A stretch of 64,000 bases of DNA. Source: Chloroflexota bacterium (GTDB lineage Bacteria > Chloroflexota > Dehalococcoidia > Dehalococcoidales > UBA2162). How positions within the stretch are numbered: position 1 is the first letter of the stretch; each line of letters begins with the position of its first letter. This document shows, piece after piece, positions 16,351 through 25,667 of the stretch. Under the pieces are notes generated by a model. That model searched no databases and was not told the origin of the DNA. It worked only from the letters and a program-made list of their open reading frames with translations. The stretch spans positions 9,773 through 73,772 of the forward strand of contig JACQGQ010000040.1 of the NCBI GenBank assembly GCA_016199495.1, given 5' to 3'. The translations under genes and the position numbers were made by a program.

Positions 16351-17567
16351 ACATCCTTTTTGTCCACGAAGTTGATTGGCTGAGAAAGGTAGTGTTTGAA
16401 ATACACACCCTTTCCGAACTTTTGTCCCTGTCAGGACACCAGGTTTATGCCATTGACTATGAATCTATGTGGGTTAAGAACCAGCCCTTTGACTTTGGCA
16501 GCCTCAAAACGCAGACAGTTGATAGGGTAGCCAGGGCTTACCCCGATGCCTCGGTGAGCCTGATACGTCCCGGCTTTATCAAGCTTCCCGGCTTGAGCCG
16601 TCTCTCGGCGACCTACACCCACTGCCGGGAAATCCAGAAAACTATTAAGGGAAAAGATATTGATGTTATTATCCTTTACTCCGTGCCGACCAATGGCTGG
16701 CAAACCATCCGTCTCAGTCGGAAGCTGGGCGTGCCGCTAGTGTTCAGAGCCATCGATATACCCAATCAACTCGTCCCCTATCCGCTCTTGCGCCCGATGG
16801 TTCGCTGCCTGGAAAGAAAAGTATACTCCAACGTAGACCTGATTCTAACCATTAGCCCGCGGCTGTCCCAATACGTGATTAATATGGGCGCCCCGCCGGC
16901 TAAGGTGGAACTGCTGCTCCTGGGGGTAGATACCGGCTTCTTCCGTCCGCAGCCTGATGATACTGAAATCCGCCGGAAATGGGGGTTGGGGGAAAAGGAC
17001 CTGATTATCGTTTTCATCGGCACCCTGTTTGGTTTCAGCGGGCTTGATGCCTTTATCCGCCGTTTCTCTGAAATCGTAAGAGAGATTCCCGAAGCCAGGC
17101 TGCTCATCGTCGGTGATGGACCTCAGCGCCCCGGGCTGGAAAGAATAATCACGGAATTGGGTCTGCAAAGGCAGGTCATCATCACCGGCTTCCAACCCTA
17201 TGAGACGATGCCCGGCTACATCAATCTGGCGGCAGTATGTATAAATATCTTCCGGCTGACAGCTACTACCCGGGATATCTTCCCGACCAAGATAGTCCAG
17301 TATCTGGCTTGCGGCAAGGCGGTGGTTGCCACGCCGCTGCCCGGCATGACGGCCATAATTCACGGCCGAGAGCAGGGGATAGTTTATGCCACTACCCCTG
17401 GCGAGATAGCTTCCGAGATAATCGCACTGCTTCAATCACCCCAGGACAGGCAACAATTAGGGCAAGCCGCTTTAAGCTACGTGAAGCAAGCGCACAGTTA
17501 TGATAGAATAGCTCAACAGCTTGAAGCCGCCCTTGGTGAAGTCGCTGGTAGAGGGGAATCAGCGTGA
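16347..17567 (+). CDS. GT4-family glycosyltransferase no. 1
   Basis: 406 aa with GT-B retaining-type C-terminal motifs ('IIVFIGTLFGFSGLD...LLIVGDGP...FPTKIVQYLACGKAVVAT'). The ATGA overlaps rSAM-1. Confidence 0.85.
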   Translation: MNILFVHEVDWLRKVVFEIHTLSELLSLSGHQVYAIDYESMWVKNQPFDFGSLKTQTVDRVARAYPDASVSLIRPGFIKLPGLSRLSATYTHCREIQKTIKGKDIDVIILYSVPTNGWQTIRLSRKLGVPLVFRAIDIPNQLVPYPLLRPMVRCLERKVYSNVDLILTISPRLSQYVINMGAPPAKVELLLLGVDTGFFRPQPDDTEIRRKWGLGEKDLIIVFIGTLFGFSGLDAFIRRFSEIVREIPEARLLIVGDGPQRPGLERIITELGLQRQVIITGFQPYETMPGYINLAAVCINIFRLTATTRDIFPTKIVQYLACGKAVVATPLPGMTAIIHGREQGIVYATTPGEIASEIIALLQSPQDRQQLGQAALSYVKQAHSYDRIAQQLEAALGEVAGRGESA

Positions 17568-19012
17568 CGATACTGCTACTTAACCCGAAGCTTAACTCCT
17601 GGAGTCCGAATGTCTATGTGCCACTGGGACTGGCCTACATCGCCGCCGCCTTAGAACAGGCCAGCTACAGTGTCGAAATCATCGACCTTAATGTAGAAAA
17701 AATAAGCGATAACGAACTGCAGCGAAAAACAGCCGCGGCTGATATGGTAGGTATTACCGGCATGGTTACGGAACATGAGGGCATCTTGAGATTAGTCGAT
17801 ACTATCAAGAAAGCCAATGCTGAGACCGGAGTAATCTTGGGTGGTCCTCTGGCGACGACGCTGCCGCGGGAAATGCTCCAGTCCTCCCGGGCCGACTTCG
17901 TAGTTATCGGGGAGGGGGAGAAAACTATCGTCAACCTTGTTTCGGCGATAAAGCACGGTGATAACTTCAGCGATATTAAAGGTATCGCCTATAAAGATGG
18001 TGACCGAATCATCGTCGCCGAGCCAGCAGAACCTATCGCCAACTTGGACACTGTTCCCTTCCCGGCCAGACACCTTTTAGATATGAATCGTTACCTGCAA
18101 AATCATTTCGAGCGCTTTGGGTTCAAAGTTAAGGATTTCGGTAAAATCAAGAGTACCAACCTGGTATCAAGCAGAGGCTGCCCCTATAGCTGCACCTTTT
18201 GTTTCAAAGGCATGTGGGGCAGAACGTGGCGGGCACGAAGCCCGGAAAATATCATTGACGAGATGGAACTGCTCTACCGGGAGTATGGAGTAAATGGTTT
18301 TTTCTTCAATGATGATACCTTTGTCCTCGATAGAAAGAGAATTTTTGAATTTTGCCAGTTATTGAAGGCAAGGGGATTGAAGGTCGCCTGGTATTGCAAC
18401 GGTCGCATCAACCTGATGACAAAAGAACTGCTTGAAGCTATGTATGATGCCGGCTGCCGCGGCATCGCCTATGGCATAGAGTCAGGCACCCAGCAGATAC
18501 TGGACTCGATGAAAAAGAACGTAGCCCTTGACCGGGTAAGAACGGTGGTCAAATATACCAGGGAGGCCGGTATTTATACCACCGGCTACTTTATGATTGG
18601 GATGCTGGGTGAAAACAGGACCACCATCAGAAAAACTATGAGTTTCGCCCGGGAGCTTGAGCTAGATTATTACGGCTTTTCCCTGACAACCCCCTTAATC
18701 GGGACGGAGCTATATGACCATGCCCTTGAAGCCGGGCTGATAGAAAGAGATGGTACGTCTCCACAAGAGTGGAGCCTCCATGTCAATGCCAATTTGACCG
18801 ATGATTGCTCTGATGCGGAACTGGCTGCCTTTGAGAGCGAAGCCTTTAAGGAATTCTTCCTTAAGAAGAGATTCGGTAAATACTATTTCTTTAACCCGAA
18901 CTTCTTAAAAGAGGAGCTGGCAGTGCTTCTTTCGCTGCGCCACAAGGCGCAAGCCAAAGAATTGGCTAATAAAGTTAAAGGTATTGTTAGCTCTTACTGG
19001 CATAAAGGTTAG
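17564..19012 (+). CDS. B12-binding-domain radical SAM protein no. 2 (paralogue of no. 1)
   Basis: 'LLNPK...PLGLAYIAAALEQASYSVEIID...MVGITGMV...ILGGPLAT...IGEGE' then 'SRGCPYSCTFCFKG'. It is collinear with rSAM-1 over its full length. The GTGA overlaps the upstream GT4. Confidence 0.85.
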   Translation: MTILLLNPKLNSWSPNVYVPLGLAYIAAALEQASYSVEIIDLNVEKISDNELQRKTAAADMVGITGMVTEHEGILRLVDTIKKANAETGVILGGPLATTLPREMLQSSRADFVVIGEGEKTIVNLVSAIKHGDNFSDIKGIAYKDGDRIIVAEPAEPIANLDTVPFPARHLLDMNRYLQNHFERFGFKVKDFGKIKSTNLVSSRGCPYSCTFCFKGMWGRTWRARSPENIIDEMELLYREYGVNGFFFNDDTFVLDRKRIFEFCQLLKARGLKVAWYCNGRINLMTKELLEAMYDAGCRGIAYGIESGTQQILDSMKKNVALDRVRTVVKYTREAGIYTTGYFMIGMLGENRTTIRKTMSFARELELDYYGFSLTTPLIGTELYDHALEAGLIERDGTSPQEWSLHVNANLTDDCSDAELAAFESEAFKEFFLKKRFGKYYFFNPNFLKEELAVLLSLRHKAQAKELANKVKGIVSSYWHKG

Positions 19013-19014
19013 AC

Positions 19015-20181
19015 ATGAAAATTTTACAGGTATTTGCCATATTCTCCCCACAGGTTAATGGTACGGTAAAGCTCTTATATCAGCTCTCGGAAGCCCTGAT
19101 GAAAAGAGAACATGAGGTGGTGATATATGCCAGCGATTACAAATCGGACCAGGAATATGCCAATTCTCTGCCGCGAGTTAAGGTTTACCCTTTTCGGAGC
19201 TGGTTGAATTTGTTGGGATTATACTTGATGCCGGGTATGATTGCCGCCACAAGGAAGGGGCTGAAAGACTTTGATGTCATCCACCTGCACTGCTTGCGCA
19301 GCTTCCAGAATATCGTGCTCCACCACTATGCCGTTAAATATGGTATGCCTTATGTCCTGGATACCCACGGCTCCCTCCCCAGAAGGCACGGTGAAAAGAG
19401 CCTCAAGTGGTTGCTGCGGTGGTTGTTTGATATTACCTATGGCTATAGGATATTAAGGGATGCCAGTAAAGTTATTGCTGAGACTGAGCTAGGAGTCAAC
19501 GAATATAAAGAATTCGGCGTAAATCAAGATAAGATAGTTTTAATTCCGCCGCCATTTGCCGTTGACAACTTTGCGCGGCTGCCAGCGCCGGGCTTATTCC
19601 GGCAAGGATATAATATTAAAGAAAAGGGCATAGTCCTGTTCCTGGGCAGAATAAACTGGATAAAAGGGCTGGACTTTTTGGTGGAATCTTTTAATGAACT
19701 GGCTAAGTCAAGGAGCGATGTTATTCTGGTAATCGTGGGTAATGACGATGGCTATAAGCCCACCCTGGATAAGCTCATCAGGGAGCTGGATTTGTCAGAC
19801 AAAATCTTATTTACCGGATTTCTGGATGGAGCTGCCAAGCTAGCGGCACTGGTTGATGCCGATGTCGTCGTGCAGACCTCTAGATATGAGCAGGGCGCCT
19901 GGGCACCCTTTGAGGCAGTGCTGTGTAATACCCCGATTATCGTCAGTAATAATTCCGGTGCTGGCGAGGATGTGAAGAAGATAGACGCCGGCTATTTGGT
20001 GGAATATGGAAATAAAGGGCAATTAAGAGATATGATACAGTATGTTCTTGAGCACCCGGCGGAAGCCCGGGAGAAAACACAAAAGGCAAAGGAGTATATC
20101 AAGTCAAATTTATCTTTAAAGAAGGGAGTGGAGAAATATGAGGAGCTCTATCGAGAGGTGAGCCGGAGGTATAAAAAATGA
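19015..20181 (+). CDS. GT4-family glycosyltransferase no. 2
   Basis: 'IVLFLGRINWIKGLD...LVIVGNDDG...YEQGAWAPFEAVLCNTPIIVSNNSGAGE' are GT4 motifs. Confidence 0.85.
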   Translation: MKILQVFAIFSPQVNGTVKLLYQLSEALMKREHEVVIYASDYKSDQEYANSLPRVKVYPFRSWLNLLGLYLMPGMIAATRKGLKDFDVIHLHCLRSFQNIVLHHYAVKYGMPYVLDTHGSLPRRHGEKSLKWLLRWLFDITYGYRILRDASKVIAETELGVNEYKEFGVNQDKIVLIPPPFAVDNFARLPAPGLFRQGYNIKEKGIVLFLGRINWIKGLDFLVESFNELAKSRSDVILVIVGNDDGYKPTLDKLIRELDLSDKILFTGFLDGAAKLAALVDADVVVQTSRYEQGAWAPFEAVLCNTPIIVSNNSGAGEDVKKIDAGYLVEYGNKGQLRDMIQYVLEHPAEAREKTQKAKEYIKSNLSLKKGVEKYEELYREVSRRYKK

Positions 20182-21143
20182 AAATGCTGATAACCGGAGG
20201 CGCCGGATTCATTGGCAGCCATTTATGTGACAAATACACCAAAGAAAATCACACTGTATTGTGCCTGGATAATTTTATGAGTGGCAACCTGACCAATGTC
20301 AAGCATCTACTGGATAACCGAAATTTCAAGTTGATAAAAGGTGATGTTAGAGACTTTGACCTGCTGGAAAAGATTACGCGTGATGTCGATGTCGTCTTTC
20401 ATCTGGCAGCCCAGATTCATGTGGACAGGTCTTATATTGAGCCTAAACTTACCTATGAAGTGAATGTTATGGGGACACAGAATATCCTGGAAGTAGCCAG
20501 GCTATATGATGCCAAGAAGGTAATTTATGCTTCGACCAGTGAGGTATATGGCTCGGCTCAATATTCCCCGATAGATGAACAGCACCCCTTGAATGCTCCC
20601 CATCCTTATGGCGCCAGTAAAATTGCGGCTGACCGGATGTGCTATGCTTATATTCATACCTACGGTATGAATATAAGCATCGTCAGGCTCTTCAATATTT
20701 TTGGCCCGCGGCAGAGGGATATCGGCTATGGGGGAGTGATATCGATATTTACTCGGAGAATCCTGAGCAATCTGTCCCCTATTATCTATGGAGACGGGCG
20801 ACAAACCAGGGATTACACCTATGTTGAGGATGCAGTCAGAGCTTATGATTTAGTCTTAAACCATAATGAGCCGCTAACCGAGCCAATCAACTTTGGCAGC
20901 GGCCGGGAGGAGTCGATACTCGACTTAGCCAATATGCTCATTGCCTTAAGCGGAAAAAAGGGTAATATCAAACCAGTTCATATCGAGCCAAGAATAGGCG
21001 AGGTTAAGCGGCTTATTGCTGACGCCACCAAGGCTAAAAATCTCCTGGGATGGGAACCCAAGTGTAAATTAGAGGAGGGGTTGGAGAAGTTTGTGCAATG
21101 GTACAGAAATTACGGACTAGAGGGGAGGATTGAAATCGAATGA
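20178..21143 (+). CDS. NAD-dependent epimerase/dehydratase (RmlB/UXS-like extended SDR)
   Basis: 'MLITGGAGFIGSHL', 'ASTSEVYG', 'YGASKIAADR', 'GDGRQTRDYTYVEDAV'. Confidence 0.8.
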   Translation: MKMLITGGAGFIGSHLCDKYTKENHTVLCLDNFMSGNLTNVKHLLDNRNFKLIKGDVRDFDLLEKITRDVDVVFHLAAQIHVDRSYIEPKLTYEVNVMGTQNILEVARLYDAKKVIYASTSEVYGSAQYSPIDEQHPLNAPHPYGASKIAADRMCYAYIHTYGMNISIVRLFNIFGPRQRDIGYGGVISIFTRRILSNLSPIIYGDGRQTRDYTYVEDAVRAYDLVLNHNEPLTEPINFGSGREESILDLANMLIALSGKKGNIKPVHIEPRIGEVKRLIADATKAKNLLGWEPKCKLEEGLEKFVQWYRNYGLEGRIEIE

Positions 21144-21202
21144 AAAGCGTGAAAGGAATATGAGCTAGGCTGGGCAGTCAGCCAAAGATGAGGGGGAGAG
21201 AT

Positions 21203-21958
21203 ATGAGCGCCAATGGCAAGCTTGAGGGCGGGTTTAGAACCAAAGCCGAGCAAGAAGTCGGCAAGAGAATTGAAGAGATTTTCCTGAAGTGCCCGGATAG
21301 TGTCGAGACAAAATTAGAAAACTTCACCAAATATGTGCGACGGCAAAAAGTTACTCGCCTGTTAGCCCAATATGAAATTTTTAAGCAGATATTAGGTGTT
21401 AAAGGGTCGATTATAGAGTGTGGTGTTCATCACGGGTTTGGGCTGATAGCCTGGGCACAGCTTAGCTCCGTCTTAGAGCCAGTTAATTTGACCAGGCGTA
21501 TCTACGGGTTCGATACCTTCGGCGGATTCCCGGTGGTAAATGAGAAAGACCGGAGTAAGTTCACGCATATCGAGGCTGGAGCTTTCTACGCCGACTCCTA
21601 CGATGAATTAACCGAGTTAATCAAAATTTATGATAGTAACCGATTTCTAGGGCATATTCCCAAAGTAGAGTTGATAAAAGGAGACGCCGTCAGGACTATT
21701 CCTGAGTTTATCGAGAATAATAAACATCTGGTGGTGAGTCTATTGTTTCTTGACTTCGATTTATATGAGCCGACAAAAGCTGCCCTAGAAAGCTTCTTCC
21801 CCAGAATGCCCAAGGGAGCCATAGTTGCCTTTGATGAACTGGATAATCCCCTCTGGCCAGGGGAAACCCTGGCTCTTTTGGAAACAATAGGGATAAATAG
21901 ACTGACAATAAAGCGGGTTGAATTTGACCCTTACATTGGTTATGCGGTTATAGAATGA
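21203..21958 (+). CDS. TylF/MycF-family sugar O-methyltransferase
   Basis: 'IIECGVHHGFG...FDTFGGFP...LLFLDFDLYEPTKAALESFFPRMPKGAIVAFDE' is the macrocin-O-methyltransferase-like pattern. The ATG at 21203 is preferred over 21188 (GAGGGGGAGAG upstream). Confidence 0.7.
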   Translation: MSANGKLEGGFRTKAEQEVGKRIEEIFLKCPDSVETKLENFTKYVRRQKVTRLLAQYEIFKQILGVKGSIIECGVHHGFGLIAWAQLSSVLEPVNLTRRIYGFDTFGGFPVVNEKDRSKFTHIEAGAFYADSYDELTELIKIYDSNRFLGHIPKVELIKGDAVRTIPEFIENNKHLVVSLLFLDFDLYEPTKAALESFFPRMPKGAIVAFDELDNPLWPGETLALLETIGINRLTIKRVEFDPYIGYAVIE

Positions 21959-22779
21959 GTGAAATTAGCGTAGAAAAATACCAAGCCCTAGCTAGGCAAA
22001 CACGGGTACGTGTTCTAAGAATGATTCACCGTGCCCAAAGTTCCCATGTTGGCACGTCTCTCTCGGCAGCCGATTTGCTGACAGTGCTATACAACCGAGT
22101 ATTGCGCCTGGACCCCGCTCGGCCAGATTGGCCTGACCGCGACCGCTTCATCCTGAGCAAGGGACATGGCTGCGCCGTCGTCTATGCGGTACTGGCTGAG
22201 AAGGGGTTTTTCCCTAGAGACTGGCTGGAGACATTCTATCTTGACGGCTCGCATCTGCCGGGACACATTACTCGTAGTGTCCCCGGTGTCGAGGCATCTA
22301 CTGGTTCCCTGGGACACGGGCTTTCCATTGGCTGCGGGATGGCACTGGTCGGTAAGCGAGAGGAGCAGCCCTACCGTGTATTCGTCTTACTCAGTGATGG
22401 CGAGTGTGATGAAGGGTCAACATGGGAAGCAGCCCTGTTTGCCCCCCATCACCACCTGGATAATATCATCGCTATTGTCGACTATAATAAGATTCAGAGC
22501 TTTGGTACGGTGAAAGAAGTCCTCGACCTTGAACCATTGGCCAGCAAATGGCAAGCCTTTGGCTGGGCGACACGTGAGATAGACGGGCACGACTTTGAAC
22601 AGATTGAGAAGGCATTACTGAGTGTCCCTTTTGAGCCGGGAAGACCGAGCTGTATTATTGCCCACACCGTCAAAGGAAAGGGAGTCAGTTTTATGGAGGG
22701 TCAGCTTGCCTGGCATTACAAGCCACCCAATGATGAGCAACTGGCACAGGCGCTAGCTGAACTAGGGGTATTTGGATGA
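21955..22779 (+). CDS. Transketolase, N-terminal (ThDP-binding) subunit
   Basis: 'SSHVGTSLSAADLLTVLY', 'DRFILSKGHGCAVVYAVLAEKG', 'GSLGHGLSIGCGMAL', 'LLSDGECDEGSTWEAA'. Confidence 0.9.
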   Translation: MSEISVEKYQALARQTRVRVLRMIHRAQSSHVGTSLSAADLLTVLYNRVLRLDPARPDWPDRDRFILSKGHGCAVVYAVLAEKGFFPRDWLETFYLDGSHLPGHITRSVPGVEASTGSLGHGLSIGCGMALVGKREEQPYRVFVLLSDGECDEGSTWEAALFAPHHHLDNIIAIVDYNKIQSFGTVKEVLDLEPLASKWQAFGWATREIDGHDFEQIEKALLSVPFEPGRPSCIIAHTVKGKGVSFMEGQLAWHYKPPNDEQLAQALAELGVFG

Positions 22780-23702
22780 GAGCTGGTTTTATCCGAGCAC
22801 TGATGGACCTGGCAAAAACTGATGAGCGTATCTTCTTGCTGGTGGGGGATGTCGGTTATTCTTTGGTTGAACCTTTTGCTCAAGGGTTTCCCCGCCGTTT
22901 CATTAACGTTGGCATAGCTGAGCAGAATATGATGGGTATCGCCACCGGGCTGGCTATGTCTGGTAAGATTGTCTTTGCCTACTCCCTGGCTAATTTCCCG
23001 ACCTTCCGCTGTGTCGAGCAAATACGGAATGACGTCTGCTACCATAATGCTAACGTGAAGATTGTCGCCTCAGGCGGTGGGTTAGTCTACGGTGCTTTAG
23101 GCGTGACTCACCATGTTACCGAGGACTTGGCTATTATGCGTGCCTTACCCAACATGACGGTAATCGCACCAGGTGACCCCATAGAAGCAGCCTTAGCCAC
23201 ACGAGAAGCCGCTGAATTTCCAGGGCCGTGCTACCTGCGATTGGCTAGAACCGGAGACCCCGTAGTTCATGAAGCGGTTCCAGATTTCCAAATTGGCAAA
23301 GCGATTACAGTGCGCAATGGGGATGATATCACTTTGGTTGCCAGCGGAGGGATACTATATAATACTGTTCAGGCAGCCAAGCAGTTGGAGCAGAAGGGAA
23401 TTAAGCCACGAGTGCTAAGCATGCACACGGTTAAGCCCCTGGATGCTGAAGCGTTGCTCGCCGCAGCGACAGAAACTAAAGCAATCATTACTATTGAGGA
23501 ACATAGCATAATTGGTGGCTTGGGAGGTGCCGTAGCCGAGGTACTTGCCGAATCGGGTATCTCGGGTATTGCCTTCAGGCGAGTAGGGATTAAAGACTGT
23601 TTTTGCTTTGAAGTTGGCAGCCAGGCATACTTATGTAAATATTATTCTCTGTCAGCAGAGGACATTGTCAATGAGGCTATTCATCTGTTGAAAGGAGTGT
23701 AA
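22776..23702 (+). CDS. Transketolase, C-terminal (pyrimidine-binding) subunit
   Basis: 'FINVGIAEQNMMGIATGLAMSGKIVFAYSLANF', 'HHVTEDLAIMRALPNMTVIAPGD'. The ATGA overlaps the N-terminal subunit gene. Confidence 0.9.
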   Translation: MRAGFIRALMDLAKTDERIFLLVGDVGYSLVEPFAQGFPRRFINVGIAEQNMMGIATGLAMSGKIVFAYSLANFPTFRCVEQIRNDVCYHNANVKIVASGGGLVYGALGVTHHVTEDLAIMRALPNMTVIAPGDPIEAALATREAAEFPGPCYLRLARTGDPVVHEAVPDFQIGKAITVRNGDDITLVASGGILYNTVQAAKQLEQKGIKPRVLSMHTVKPLDAEALLAAATETKAIITIEEHSIIGGLGGAVAEVLAESGISGIAFRRVGIKDCFCFEVGSQAYLCKYYSLSAEDIVNEAIHLLKGV

Positions 23703-23710
23703 AGATTGAT

Positions 23711-24817
23711 ATGAACTATAAAGTCCCTTTTGTCGATTTCCCGCGGCACTACCATGGTCTGGAGGGCGAGATTGATGCTGCCATTAAAGAGATACTATGC
23801 GGTGGCGATTTTATAATGCGTCAGCAATTACGAGATTTTGAGGAGCATATTGCCTCCTTTCTCGGGGTGGATTACGCGGTGGGTGTCCATAGCTGTACCG
23901 ATGCCATGCACCTCTCTTTGCTGGCTGCCGGAGTCGGACCGGGTGACGAGGTTATCACCGTCGCCCACACCTTTGTCGCTACCGTGGCCGCTATCGTTCA
24001 CTGCGGGGCGACGCCAATTCTGGTGGATGTGAGCCAGGATTTTAATATGGACATGGCACAGGTGGAAAAAGCCATCTCCCCACAGACCAAAGCCATCATA
24101 CCGGTCCACCTCAATGGTCGCCTTTGTGATATGGAAAGGTTGATGAAGATTACTCGTAAACACAATCTCCTGGTAATTGAAGATGCTGCCCAGGCTCTGG
24201 GGGCGGCCTTCGATGGTAAGAAGGCTGGCTCCTTCGGTCTGACCGGGTGCTTTAGCTTCTATCCGGCCAAAATTTTAGGCGGCATTGGTGATGGTGGCAT
24301 CGTAGTTACTGATGATAGTGAGCTAGCCGAAAAGATACGTCTCCTTAGAGACCATGGCAGGGAGACAAAGGAGGACATCGCCTTTTTTGGATTTAATAGC
24401 CGACTGGATAATCTGCAGGCGGCTATTCTTGATGTGAAGCTGAAGCACCTGCCGCAGTGGATTGAGAGGCGACGAGAGCTAGCCTCGCTATATGAGCGGG
24501 GCTTGTCTGCAATACCGCAGATAACCACACCACCCCCCCCACAGCCAGGGCGCTATTTTGACGTCTATACCAACTATGTCGTGCGGGCTGAAGAGCGGGA
24601 TAAGCTTGTCTCCCACCTCGGCCAGTGCGGCATTGAAATTTTGATTTCCTGGCCCAAGCCGATGCACCATCAGCCAGCGCTGGGTCTGGGGCATTTTCAT
24701 CTCCCGGAAACCGAGAGAATTTCAAGAGAGGTACTGTCCTTACCTCTCTACCCGGAATTAAGCGATGACAAGGTGGAATATGTCATAGCGTCAATCCGTA
24801 ATTTCTACAGAGATTAA
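23711..24817 (+). CDS. DegT/DnrJ/EryC1/StrS-family PLP-dependent sugar aminotransferase no. 1
   Basis: 'GDEVITVAHTFVATVAAI', 'IIPVHLNG', 'FSFYPAKILGGIGDGGIVVTDD' (PLP lysine context). Confidence 0.9.
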   Translation: MNYKVPFVDFPRHYHGLEGEIDAAIKEILCGGDFIMRQQLRDFEEHIASFLGVDYAVGVHSCTDAMHLSLLAAGVGPGDEVITVAHTFVATVAAIVHCGATPILVDVSQDFNMDMAQVEKAISPQTKAIIPVHLNGRLCDMERLMKITRKHNLLVIEDAAQALGAAFDGKKAGSFGLTGCFSFYPAKILGGIGDGGIVVTDDSELAEKIRLLRDHGRETKEDIAFFGFNSRLDNLQAAILDVKLKHLPQWIERRRELASLYERGLSAIPQITTPPPPQPGRYFDVYTNYVVRAEERDKLVSHLGQCGIEILISWPKPMHHQPALGLGHFHLPETERISREVLSLPLYPELSDDKVEYVIASIRNFYRD

Positions 24818-24839
24818 AAGTTTTACTTTTATTAAGGTA

Positions 24840-25667
24840 ATGAAAGAGCGACTAACGCATCTATTAAAAAAATGGCCACCTTTTTACAATCTGGTGGCAC
24901 GAATATATGCCAACCTGAGACCCTATCTCATCGCCGAACGTATCGTTGGCACCAGGGCGCGCGAAAGGGAATGGGCGACACGGCGCGACCGTAAAGGCAA
25001 TGATTGGAACAACAAACGGTACCCCGGAAAAAATGAGTGGGTATTGAGCTACTGGGACTCACGAAACCACAGCCACCGTCCCTTCTTAACGGAAAGAATA
25101 GCTGATTTCTCACCTATTTCCAGTATCCTGGAAATAGGCTGCAACTGCGGCCCGAATCTATACATGATTGCCCAAAAGTTCCCCGGCATAAAGATTCAGG
25201 GCATTGATATTAACCCGCTCGCCATCCAAAAGGGCAAAGAGTTATTTGCCGCGGCGGGTATCTCCAATGTCAAGCTTTCGGTGGGCAAGGCGGATGAACT
25301 CAGCCAATTCCCGGATAACAGCTTTGATGTTGTCTTCACTGACGCTGTTTTAATCTACATTGGGCGGGATAAAATCCAGGGTATTATCAAGGAGATGGTC
25401 CGAGTTGCCCGCAAAGGATTAATCCTCGTGGAACAGCACATCTGCAAACCCAACAATAAAGCCAATCATAGTCTCGGAATTCGACCTTATGGCTTGTGGC
25501 AGAGAGACTACGTGGCACTATTAAAGCAGTTTGTCCCCGAGGCACAAATAGGCATTACTAAAATCACTGAAGATATGTGGGCTGACCCGCAATGGCAGGA
25601 AACAGGGGCTATCATTGAGGCTAGACTACCCAAGACAGCTAATTTAGGTAAGAAGGTCTTAACTTGA
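24840..25667 (+). CDS. Class I SAM-dependent methyltransferase
   Basis: Motif I 'ILEIGCNCGPNL', 'IQGIDINPLAI', 'FDVVFTDAVLIYI'. Confidence 0.75.
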   Translation: MKERLTHLLKKWPPFYNLVARIYANLRPYLIAERIVGTRAREREWATRRDRKGNDWNNKRYPGKNEWVLSYWDSRNHSHRPFLTERIADFSPISSILEIGCNCGPNLYMIAQKFPGIKIQGIDINPLAIQKGKELFAAAGISNVKLSVGKADELSQFPDNSFDVVFTDAVLIYIGRDKIQGIIKEMVRVARKGLILVEQHICKPNNKANHSLGIRPYGLWQRDYVALLKQFVPEAQIGITKITEDMWADPQWQETGAIIEARLPKTANLGKKVLT

